IMG/VR virus record: IMGVR_UViG_3300020045_003268
Location: 1 to 35,398 of that record
Reading direction: 5' to 3' (one strand)
Origin: a virus
Lineage: Duplodnaviria > Caudoviricetes
Length of the DNA: 35,398 nucleotides
The notes under the pieces were generated by a model. The model did not search any database. It was given only the letters and a program-made list of their open reading frames with translations, and was not told the origin of the DNA. Positions 27,115-34,014 of the stretch are shown here, piece after piece (position 1 is the first letter of the stretch; the number at the start of each line of letters is the position of its first letter). A program made the position numbers and the translations under genes.

Positions 27115-27332
27115 GCCTCCACTCCCAAAGCTTTTAGGATTGAGAGGCGGCAATCCGACCAACCCTGTTCATAGATTTCATCAGCGGCATATGTGTTGTC
27201 CGGCACAATCCCCTTCACCAGCTTGAGGATTTCGGCATAGGAATCTTCAACATTCTCGCTCTTATCACCAAAGCGTAAGTTCTCAAGCACGTCCCACAAC
27301 TTTTCCTCAAACTCCCCAGGCTTATTTGTCAT
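27111..27332 (-). CDS. hypothetical protein (MTNKPGEFEEK...YEQGWSDCR)
   Basis: GGAG SD and ATGA overlap at 27332; GWxDC motif common in phage small proteins. Confidence 0.65.
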   Translation of the reverse strand: MTNKPGEFEEKLWDVLENLRFGDKSENVEDSYAEILKLVKGIVPDNTYAADEIYEQGWSDCRLSILKALGVEA

Positions 27333-27517
27333 ATCTCCACCCGAATTACTTTGTAGCCATCTAAGCTCTTGTTGCGGTATTTCCACCCAAGACACTCCCA
27401 ATCAGCAGTCCATTTGTTGGTATAAATCTGGAATAACTTTCCGTCATGGCATAGTTGACCGCCACCAGTAGTAACGATAGCCCACGCTTCTTGCTTCACT
27501 CTCGGCTTATTTGTCAT
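27329..27517 (-). CDS. hypothetical protein (MTNKPRVK...VIRVEI)
   Basis: Track ORF; starts in the junction repeat. Confidence 0.65.
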   Translation of the reverse strand: MTNKPRVKQEAWAIVTTGGGQLCHDGKLFQIYTNKWTADWECLGWKYRNKSLDGYKVIRVEI

Positions 27518-27725
27518 TGATTATCTCGGCTATTAACGGCTGTTTCCATAGAACATTTTTACTTTCATTGGCAAGAGTGAATAGTTTTTGGTCGCCACAC
27601 TCAACTGGATTGTGCGGTTTCAAGTCATCGTAAGGACATTTAAAACCTTTGCCGTGAGCAATCATTGGAAACATTGAAAGGTTGTCATAAACAAACTTCA
27701 CAACCCTCTTCGGCTTATTTGTCAT
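27507..27725 (-). CDS. hypothetical protein (MTNKPKRVV...IAEIINDK)
   Basis: Track ORF; starts and ends in junction repeats. Confidence 0.65.
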   Translation of the reverse strand: MTNKPKRVVKFVYDNLSMFPMIAHGKGFKCPYDDLKPHNPVECGDQKLFTLANESKNVLWKQPLIAEIINDK

Positions 27726-27906
27726 TGATTATCTCGGCTATGATTCTAACCTTCTTGTCGTGTAAGTATTTTGGAACACGAATATTCTTGCACTTGTCAG
27801 CCATGATACAGTTGTCATACTTCTTGGGTAATAATCTGCACTCGTATTTCTCTGTCTGCCAAAAGTAGCCAACACCCAACACAACCCTCTTCGGCTTATT
27901 TCCCAT
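27715..27906 (-). CDS. hypothetical protein (MGNKPKRVV...IAEIINDK)
   Basis: GGAG SD before ATG 27906 (track start 27918); starts and ends in junction repeats. Confidence 0.65.
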   Translation of the reverse strand: MGNKPKRVVLGVGYFWQTEKYECRLLPKKYDNCIMADKCKNIRVPKYLHDKKVRIIAEIINDK

Positions 27907-28069
27907 TGGCTTCTCCATTGGATTTCTTCTCAGGCCATTTCCAACCTATTTGAAAGTTGTACCAAGCAAAGTTCCATCCGCATTTTGGCCTAGTCCGATA
28001 GATTCTAGGGATAATGAAAGGAGCCTTTGTCTTGCTTGCATCAAAATGAATACCGAATACTCTTATCAT
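27896..28069 (-). CDS. 57-aa hypothetical protein (MIRVFGIHFD...ANGK)
   Basis: Hand-translated; ATGA overlap with the YopX stop; ends in the first junction repeat. Confidence 0.6.
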   Translation of the reverse strand: MIRVFGIHFDASKTKAPFIIPRIYRTRPKCGWNFAWYNFQIGWKWPEKKSNGEANGK

Positions 28070-28617
28070 TTACCCTCTCCTTCTTTCAAGGAAGATTGCC
28101 TGGGGGAGGTCAGCTCCGGGTTCTCGTAGATGTTGCCGAGGACTTCAAAATGCTTTGGTTTATGACTACCGATAAAAGGACTGAAAAATCCTGTCCCATC
28201 ATAAAATTCATCATGAGCAATATATTGAACAACTCGGTATGGGTTATAAATAAAATCCCTGTTGATTGGGAAGGGATTTTTGTTTAAGTTTAGCGGCACT
28301 CCTTCAATAACTTTGTGGTCAGAATAATCATCCCCTGGTGAGCCATTTGCCTTATTCTGAACCCATGAAGTATGAGCCAAAATATCCCCCTCCCAAATCT
28401 CCTTGCCGTTCTTGTCGTGGAGGCCGGTGAATTGCAGAAGTTCAACGTCCTTGAGGTCGAACCAAAATAGCCCATTCACGCGATTGAACCCGACCCGTTT
28501 ATTCTCAAAGTCTATGCGCTCGACTTCCATGAGGCGGCTCGCGCTCCACACGCGAGAATCTTTCATCTTTGCGAGGGCGCTATCTTTCAGGTACGCCCTA
28601 AACTTAATCACTCTCAT
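28066..28617 (-). CDS. YopX family protein
   Basis: MRVIKFRAY...LLQFTGLHDKNGKEIWEGDI...EVLGNIYENPEL. Confidence 0.93.
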   Translation of the reverse strand: MRVIKFRAYLKDSALAKMKDSRVWSASRLMEVERIDFENKRVGFNRVNGLFWFDLKDVELLQFTGLHDKNGKEIWEGDILAHTSWVQNKANGSPGDDYSDHKVIEGVPLNLNKNPFPINRDFIYNPYRVVQYIAHDEFYDGTGFFSPFIGSHKPKHFEVLGNIYENPELTSPRQSSLKEGEGK

Positions 28618-28640
28618 ACACCCTCCTCAACATAAATCCC

Positions 28641-28775
28641 TCATTTCTTTTCCCACTCATGTCCGCACACCCGACAGATGAAGGCGTTCTTCCTGACCCG
28701 ATAAAGCACCTGAGCCGAGTGACACCCTGGGCAGGAGGGCTTCGATGTCACCACGGGCTTCTTAGTAGACTTCAC
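28641..28775 (-). CDS. small zinc-ribbon protein (CPGCHS...CRVCGHEW)
   Basis: GTGA overlap with the upstream gene at 28775; two CxxC motifs. Confidence 0.7.
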   Translation of the reverse strand: MKSTKKPVVTSKPSCPGCHSAQVLYRVRKNAFICRVCGHEWEKK

Positions 28776-29137
28776 AGTCCCCTCCCAAGCTTGATGTTCT
28801 GACCATGACGCTTCTTTCGGTTCACGTAGTCTACTCCTCGTTGGACTGTCTCTCTCGGCACTCGGATTCCAAGCTCCCTCATAGTCTTTGTCGCAAAGGC
28901 TTCTGCCCCCGCTTCCTTCTGCCATGAGAGCTGACCCCTCTCATCGTTAACACAATGGCCTATCTCATGCAGACCACCGTGAAGGGTCTTTCTCGTAGCT
29001 ATCTTAGAATCGTAATGCACCGTCTTTTTATCAGCGTGAAGCACGAACCCTCGCTTGTGTCCTCTTGATGCCTCACAGCCCTTACACCAGTTCAAACCGT
29101 ACTTTGCCAACTGACCCTCGAACACTTCGTAGAACAT
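28772..29137 (-). CDS. HExxH zinc-metallopeptidase-like protein (ImmA/IrrE-like)
   Basis: LHEIGHC followed by E..AEAFA; AAGGAGG SD; own promoter upstream. Confidence 0.7.
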   Translation of the reverse strand: MFYEVFEGQLAKYGLNWCKGCEASRGHKRGFVLHADKKTVHYDSKIATRKTLHGGLHEIGHCVNDERGQLSWQKEAGAEAFATKTMRELGIRVPRETVQRGVDYVNRKKRHGQNIKLGRGL

Positions 29138-29165
29138 GGTATCCTCCTTTGTTTAGGATACCCTT

Positions 29166-29193
29166 ATTATACCACACCCACACACAAAGTCAA
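29166..29193 (-). promoter_or_regulatory. sigma70-type promoter
   Basis: TTGACT, 16-nt spacer, TG-n-TATAAT on the minus strand, upstream of 29137. Confidence 0.8.
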
Positions 29194-29248
29194 TATACAG
29201 AACAATACGTATTTAAGCATATTTAAGTCGTATCCCTCTTGGCGAAAT

Positions 29249-29347
29249 TGGCGTCCGTCGGGGTAATCGATTCCCCTGTTCGGCCTCGCATAATCAGTAG
29301 TCTTAAGCCTACCTTTAATGGTCATCGGCTCTGCACCAGCACGGACA
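29249..29347 (-). ncRNA. degenerate tRNA-like element (Leu-TAA-like loop), ends in CCA
   Basis: GTCCGT/ACGGAC terminal stem followed by G-CCA; GGGG-AATCGATTA-CCCC T-arm-like hairpin; GGTAG-g-CTTAAGA-CTACT hairpin. Confidence 0.5.
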
Positions 29348-29370
29348 AACTTGTTCCTCTTGGCGAAATT

Positions 29371-29487
29371 CGGGAGAGAGATTGAAGTTAGCCTGACTAT
29401 GTTTGGCCATCTTCGGGGCTTGCGCCTTGACACTAACGCCTCGGATTACTCCTAGTCGCATCCATAGTCAGATTCAAACTTCTCCCG
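29371..29487 (-). ncRNA. rod-like structured RNA candidate
   Basis: Nested complementary blocks CGGGAGA/TCTCCCG, TTGAA/TTCAA and CTGACTATG/CATAGTCAG. Confidence 0.5.
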
Positions 29488-29498
29488 TCATACAAAAT

Positions 29499-29672
29499 TG
29501 TGCTAATGGCAGGATTCCTACCTGCTACCGAATAAGCCTCGGTATTCACGGCTAATCACCTGTTTTCAGGTCGGACGAATAGAGCAGTAACGCCTCGATT
29601 ATCTCGTATTGCTTGTTGGAGTCTCACCAACTTATCCTCGTTTTTAAGCGTAATCATACGCCACTCATTAGC
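29499..29672 (-). ncRNA. tRNA-like RNA with enlarged central region
   Basis: 7-bp acceptor-like stem GCTAATG/CATTAGC followed by ACA; directly stacked 5-bp/7-nt T-arm GCAGG-TAGGAAT-CCTGC; several internal hairpins. Confidence 0.55.
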
Positions 29673-29693
29673 CCAAGGCTTTCGCCTTGAAGG

Positions 29694-29915
29694 TTAAACT
29701 TTCTTGTCTCTTTCAGTAATCATGGCATCGGCAAGTTGGTATGCTTTTTGGGCAAAGTCTTCAACCGTTGCGGAAACAAATGTAGGGCTATTCATCAACA
29801 AGCCAATAGCCTTCGCCGCAAAGTAATCCCTCAGCGACATTCCACATTCCCATTTTCTTTCCATGTTTACTCCGTCACCATATTCAAACGGAAACGCCCA
29901 CCCACCATCATTCAT
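29694..29915 (-). CDS. conserved phage protein (GGxAFP...GMSLRDYFAAKA...AYxLADAM family)
   Basis: Recognisable motif; GGAGAGGGG SD before ATG 29915. Confidence 0.85.
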   Translation of the reverse strand: MNDGGWAFPFEYGDGVNMERKWECGMSLRDYFAAKAIGLLMNSPTFVSATVEDFAQKAYQLADAMITERDKKV

Positions 29916-29937
29916 ACCCCTCTCCTTTCCTTTCGCC

Positions 29938-30045
29938 TTAATGCTTTGTCTCAATATGAAGCTGATACGTCCAATAATCACTCGTCTGAAATCCGCAGGA
30001 ACACTCCCATCTGTCGGAGGTAGCCTTTTGAAACATCTCTCCCAT
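29938..30045 (-). CDS. 35-aa C2H2-zinc-finger-like micro-protein
   Basis: Hand-translated MGEMFQKATSDRWECSCGFQTSDYWTYQLHIETKH; AGGAG/AGGTG SD. Confidence 0.55.
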   Translation of the reverse strand: MGEMFQKATSDRWECSCGFQTSDYWTYQLHIETKH

Positions 30046-30054
30046 CACCTACTC

Positions 30055-30465
30055 CTATCCTAAATCTTGTAGCATGAGTTGATATTGAGCCAAGAGTAAA
30101 GTGTAGTGGTCATAAGCTCTTATCGGCTTTTGTGCCTTGATTGAAAAGAGGGTTTCAACGTATTCCGCACCCTCTCTCAACACCATTTTCCGCATGAACT
30201 CGGCTCCGTTGCCGCCTAGGTTTATATTGCAGTTGTAGCATTGAGGTCTTAGGTTCCGAAGGTCGTATCTAAGCAAAGCCCCACAAGAGCCTTTTGGTAA
30301 AAAATGGCCCGTATGCCAGTTCGACCCTTCCAAGTTACCTCTATCACAGGTATAGCATACATTCCCGTACTTCTTTCGGATGATGGATTTGCAGTACACC
30401 CAAATCGCTCTCTGCAATTTTGCCAGAGGCATTTTGGATTGCTTACGGAGTTTTTTACGCCGCAC
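30055..30465 (-). CDS. ninG: NinG/Rap-like HNH-type nuclease
   Basis: CYTC...HTGHFLPKG...LRYDLRNLRPQCYNCN..LGGN. Confidence 0.85.
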   Translation of the reverse strand: MRRKKLRKQSKMPLAKLQRAIWVYCKSIIRKKYGNVCYTCDRGNLEGSNWHTGHFLPKGSCGALLRYDLRNLRPQCYNCNINLGGNGAEFMRKMVLREGAEYVETLFSIKAQKPIRAYDHYTLLLAQYQLMLQDLG

Positions 30466-30679
30466 GGAACAAATCGTCTTTCAGTTTTTGAAGCATGATA
30501 TATCCAGGCCGAACGTATTTCCCATCCACAATCTTAATGGCTTGGATGTTGTGGCCCATTGTCCTTAACTCCGAAATACGTTTCCGATATTCTAAAAGAC
30601 CTAGCCTATCTCTAAACTCGGCGGTAAAGTGAGGCTTATAATCCGAAAGGAGATTTAAAACTTCTAGTTTAAAACTCAA
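30455..30679 (-). CDS. winged HTH protein
   Basis: VLNLL...RKRISELRTMGHNI motif. Confidence 0.7.
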   Translation of the reverse strand: MSFKLEVLNLLSDYKPHFTAEFRDRLGLLEYRKRISELRTMGHNIQAIKIVDGKYVRPGYIMLQKLKDDLFRAA

Positions 30680-31113
30680 AACGGAGTCTCCTCTGGAAAG
30701 TTGGCTTTTAAGATTCTTAATATCTCGTCTACCTTAGCTTCTAAGCCACCATTGGAGGGGGTAGGATTTGGCCTCTGGGGGGCGTTTTGGGAGCCCCTAG
30801 GTGAAGGGCCGAAGGTCATGTTAGGATAGCCTTTATCGTTTACACAAGTTGGTTCGTTGCAAGTGTAGCCCACATAAGGCTTTCCGGTCTTTTTTGATAC
30901 TCCACGCTTAATCGTCGTATCCTGACTTCCACAAACTCCGCAATCCATTAGAGCCTCCTTGTGTTTTTTACAGACGTTCCAGTACTTTAAAATTTCTTCC
31001 GGCGTTTCTGAACCGCAGTCCTGTTCTTCTTCGGGGTGCTTCTTAAAGTAGTCTTGGTTGAAACAAATTACGCAATTCTTAATGCCCGATTTGGTTTTGG
31101 GTTGCTTTTTCAA
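30676..31113 (-). CDS. Zn-binding protein with acidic-aromatic C-terminus (possible SSB-like); internal start at 30948 likely
   Basis: CGVC...GVSKKTGKPY.GYTC...C; ends EETPF; AGGAGG SD before ATG 30948. Confidence 0.6.
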   Translation of the reverse strand: MKKQPKTKSGIKNCVICFNQDYFKKHPEEEQDCGSETPEEILKYWNVCKKHKEALMDCGVCGSQDTTIKRGVSKKTGKPYVGYTCNEPTCVNDKGYPNMTFGPSPRGSQNAPQRPNPTPSNGGLEAKVDEILRILKANFPEETPF

Positions 31114-31423
31114 GACTAGATAGCGACCTTAATGCCTCAAAACTGGCCTTCCACTTCTCGTAAATTGCTTTTGCGATGTTCTCTTGCCGAATCATTTCCG
31201 ACGTTTCCGAAAGGTACTTTTTATAACCATCGGAAGCCTTGGCCTTAATCTCTTTCATCCCCGACCCCATCTCACTAGGAAGGGCGTTCATTTCTTGTGA
31301 GATAATGGCGTACTTCAATTCTTGGGATTGCCAAGAAATTGCCTTTTTGTCGGCATAGTCCTTGCCTGCGGTTTCCATCTTCATAATCACATCACGAAAT
31401 TTATGTTCAAAGTCGAGATTCAT
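31079..31423 (-). CDS. helical hypothetical protein in the recombination module
   Basis: Abuts the exonuclease gene; coiled-coil-like sequence ending FEALRSLSS. Confidence 0.7.
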   Translation of the reverse strand: MNLDFEHKFRDVIMKMETAGKDYADKKAISWQSQELKYAIISQEMNALPSEMGSGMKEIKAKASDGYKKYLSETSEMIRQENIAKAIYEKWKASFEALRSLSSLEKATQNQIGH

Positions 31424-32287
31424 TTAGACCCCGTAAATCTTTAGGACTTCGTTACGCTTGCGGAGAAAGAGTTCAAAGTATCGGTCTATGTCAGTTGAAA
31501 CGATGGGTTTTGAGAAACCTTGTTTATTACCGCCGTCCATTTCGTTCTTCATTTCAACGACCATCATTTGCTTAATATCTTCCATGCCGTCTGATTTTGC
31601 ATAGGCACTCTCTTGAATCAAATTGTCGGTTTCGGATTTTGTGCGCTTGATGGAAACCAACGTCTTTAATCCGTTGTACGTTCCGACCAAATCCGGTGTC
31701 CCAGCGTAGCGGTACTTCTTATTAAAGACGGGTTTCTCGATAGACTTTAAATCAGTAATAGGGTATTTCTCTAAAAACTCTCGGAATTTGCAAGTATCCA
31801 AAGACAAGGCTTTCCCTGTCGATAAAGGGCGTGTCTTTAATATGAAGCGGTCTGCCGTACATTCAAGAATGTCTTTCGATTCCTTCCATTCTCCGGTTTT
31901 GACGAAGTTCCGTATTTCAGCGTCATAGATATTCCCTTGTGCGGCGTATATCTTCAAATCATCGTCACCGACAAAAAACTCCTTGTCGTAACCTGAAACC
32001 GATGTAACCGATGGGAATTTCTCTCCGTCAATATCATAGAAGCGGAAGTTCTTCAAATCTTCCTGTACTTTCAATACCCTTGCTTTAACGGCCTCGGCTT
32101 CAAAGGCGGCAAAACAAATCTCGTTCATCATTTGTTGACCGCCCTCGATTGCCAACCGGACTTCATCATCGCTCTTAAACTCTTGCTCGAACTCCATACT
32201 TGCCATAAATCCAGGTCGGAGATTGGAATATGAGGCCACCGGAAGAACACCGCTATAAGAACCCTCTACCTTAATTTTGCGTAACAT
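31424..32287 (-). CDS. PD-(D/E)XK exonuclease-like protein
   Basis: FPSVTSV, IEKPVFNKKYRYAGTPDLVG and Q..AYA motifs; motif III reads SIK. Confidence 0.8.
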   Translation of the reverse strand: MLRKIKVEGSYSGVLPVASYSNLRPGFMASMEFEQEFKSDDEVRLAIEGGQQMMNEICFAAFEAEAVKARVLKVQEDLKNFRFYDIDGEKFPSVTSVSGYDKEFFVGDDDLKIYAAQGNIYDAEIRNFVKTGEWKESKDILECTADRFILKTRPLSTGKALSLDTCKFREFLEKYPITDLKSIEKPVFNKKYRYAGTPDLVGTYNGLKTLVSIKRTKSETDNLIQESAYAKSDGMEDIKQMMVVEMKNEMDGGNKQGFSKPIVSTDIDRYFELFLRKRNEVLKIYGV

Positions 32288-32444
32288 TCAAAACCTCGCA
32301 TACGTTTTTATGCTGTTTGAGAAGATAGGAAAGTTCTGCCGTAGCCGCCATAAACTCGCCGTAGTTATCGGTAAAGATTCGATTTCTTTTCAAGACAATC
32401 CTGTGATTACAATACTCACAAAATGTCTCGGCAATCGTTTTCAC
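32271..32444 (-). CDS. small hypothetical protein (CxxC...HxxxC)
   Basis: GTGA overlap with the HTH gene at 32444. Confidence 0.6.
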   Translation of the reverse strand: MKTIAETFCEYCNHRIVLKRNRIFTDNYGEFMAATAELSYLLKQHKNVCEVLNVTQN

Positions 32445-32635
32445 GCAAGCGGTGCGGTGCAATTTGCCTTCCAGTCCATAATCTTCTTTTCAGTTTTCGG
32501 GTGAATCTTAACGTCCTGTCCTTTAAACCATTTGGCGAGTGTCGTCCAAGAAAGTCCAAGTTCTCCGGCCAATACATAACGGGTTTTATCACCCATGTGT
32601 TGCTTAATTACTTCGATTGCTTCCGTGCTTCTCAT
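32441..32635 (-). CDS. Cro/CI-type HTH regulator
   Basis: TRYVLAGELGLSWTTLAKWFKG; AAGGAG SD; first gene after the divergent promoter. Confidence 0.8.
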   Translation of the reverse strand: MRSTEAIEVIKQHMGDKTRYVLAGELGLSWTTLAKWFKGQDVKIHPKTEKKIMDWKANCTAPLA

Positions 32636-32675
32636 GTTTCTCCTTTATATTGTTATATCAAACTGCGATAGAACA

Positions 32676-32703
32676 AATATAACACAAATAAACTTCTATG
32701 CAA
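32676..32703 (-). promoter_or_regulatory. leftward sigma70-type promoter
   Basis: TTGCAT, 16-nt spacer, TG-n-TATATT. Confidence 0.55.
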
Positions 32704-32776
32704 GTTTTATTTTAAAATAGTTTTTAGTATCAGGGAATGTACTAAAAGTGCTATGGGGGATTAACGAAGATTTTTG

Positions 32777-32805
32777 TTGACAAATCCCCTATACTGATTT
32801 ATGAT
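32777..32805 (+). promoter_or_regulatory. rightward sigma70-type promoter
   Basis: TTGACA, 17-nt spacer, TATGAT. Confidence 0.8.
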
Positions 32806-32830
32806 TTAATCAGATTAACGGGAGAAACTT

Positions 32831-33166
32831 GTGGAAAGAAAAAAAACTAAATCAAAAATTGTTGCATCCACAAGTGCAACTCCCAAAACCCCAGAGAGAT
32901 TAGCAGAATCCTTTGGGGTTTCTCGTAATAGAGACATTGAATTAGATAAAATCCTCCACACAATCGGAGACTCCTCCGACCCTCAAAAGAACATCCAAAT
33001 AGCAATCCTTAAAAAGCCCTGGCGTGGCCGTCAAATAATTGCCATGCGCTTTGGTGAAAGCACTCACCATGCAAGGAAATATTTTACATTACAACAGGCG
33101 GTAGACGGGGCCACAAAGATATATCTTAATTGGCTAGAAGGCCAAAAGGATATTAAAAGTGGATAG
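32831..33166 (+). CDS. hypothetical protein
   Basis: GGGAG SD before GTG; overlaps the initiator start. Confidence 0.55.
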   Translation: MERKKTKSKIVASTSATPKTPERLAESFGVSRNRDIELDKILHTIGDSSDPQKNIQIAILKKPWRGRQIIAMRFGESTHHARKYFTLQQAVDGATKIYLNWLEGQKDIKSG

Positions 33167-33851
33167 GGGGTATATAAAGCTCTGGCGTAAACTTCAAGAC
33201 AATAAGGCCATATATCACGACCCTCATTGTTTGTCTCTTTTAATACACCTTTTGTTTATGGCCGAATGGCGTTCCGGTCGAAAGGTGTGGTTTGATGGTA
33301 GGCAGGTGGAGTTGCTTCCAGGGCAACTAACGGCAGGTCGAAAGCAGTTAGCGGTTTCGGTCGGTCTTTCAGAGAGAAATATTCGGACTTGTCTCGACAA
33401 GTTGACGACAATGCAAATAACGACCATCAAACCGACCAACAAATATTCGTTGATAACTATATTGAATTGGCATACTTACCAAAGTTTAAATAATGAAAAC
33501 GACCAACAAAACGCCAACGACCGACCAACGACCGACCAACGACCGACCACTATTAAAGAATTAAAGAATACAAGAACTAATAACTTGTTCGATTTGTTCT
33601 GGTCTAAATACCCAAGAAAGGTCGGAAAAGAAAATGCCCGTAGAGCGTTCGAGAAACTGAAGGTTGACGATTCTCTCTTAAACACCCTCCTTTCGGCGGT
33701 TGAGTCTCAAGGGGGGTCGGAGCAGTGGTTGAGGGATGGGGGTAAGTACATCCCTCATCCGGCGACATGGCTTAATGGGAAAAGATGGGAAGATGAGGTT
33801 TTAACTACAAAGGTAGACCCCTATGCAAACTTACCTAACCAAAAGTTCTGA
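33159..33851 (+). CDS. phage replication initiator / replisome organiser
   Basis: GYIKLWRKL N-terminus, LLPGQ..GR..LA HTH, C-terminal FDLFWSKYPRKVGK...YIPHPATWLNGKRWEDE. Confidence 0.9.
   Translation: MDRGYIKLWRKLQDNKAIYHDPHCLSLLIHLLFMAEWRSGRKVWFDGRQVELLPGQLTAGRKQLAVSVGLSERNIRTCLDKLTTMQITTIKPTNKYSLITILNWHTYQSLNNENDQQNANDRPTTDQRPTTIKELKNTRTNNLFDLFWSKYPRKVGKENARRAFEKLKVDDSLLNTLLSAVESQGGSEQWLRDGGKYIPHPATWLNGKRWEDEVLTTKVDPYANLPNQKF
33514..33549 (+). repeat. iterons of the probable replication origin, (CCAACGACCGA)x3.3
   Basis: Exact 11-bp tandem repeat inside the initiator linker; related copies near 33431 and 33498; AT-rich tract follows. Confidence 0.8.
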
Positions 33852-34014
33852 AGAAATGCTAGCACAGCACAGGCTAGTAAACTCCCTATCAAGGGGTATG
33901 TTAAGACGTTATTGGAAAAATCAGGGATTGTGTTTAACGTTATACGATGTTGTCCAGTCAACAAAAGAGCTGATGGAGTATTACGAGAATGAAATTAAAA
34001 ACAGAAATACTTGA
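33823..34014 (+). CDS. hypothetical protein
   Basis: Bridges initiator and helicase, overlapping both. Confidence 0.55.
   Translation: MQTYLTKSSEEMLAQHRLVNSLSRGMLRRYWKNQGLCLTLYDVVQSTKELMEYYENEIKNRNT

Larger units (their letters stand above)
27319..27901 (-). repeat. four copies of a gene-junction repeat (minus-strand consensus AATGACAAATAAGCCG)
   Basis: 32 bp identical at 27502-27533 and 27710-27741; 22 bp identical at 27699-27720 and 27880-27901; 14-bp core at 27319-27332. Confidence 0.9.

Noticed and set aside
27319-27901. Junction repeats as a CRISPR array or DGR template/variable repeats
   Set aside because: Intervals are about 180-210 nt and protein-coding, the repeats are not palindromic, there are no cas or reverse-transcriptase genes, and no adenine-specific mismatch pattern is seen.
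29249-29347. Calling a functional tRNA-Leu(TAA)
   Set aside because: The T-loop, D-arm and anticodon stem deviate from the canonical cloverleaf, so it is reported only as tRNA-like.
29167-29433. 88-aa minus-strand ORF
   Set aside because: It runs through a clear promoter and structured repeats and lacks a convincing SD; a non-coding interpretation fits better.
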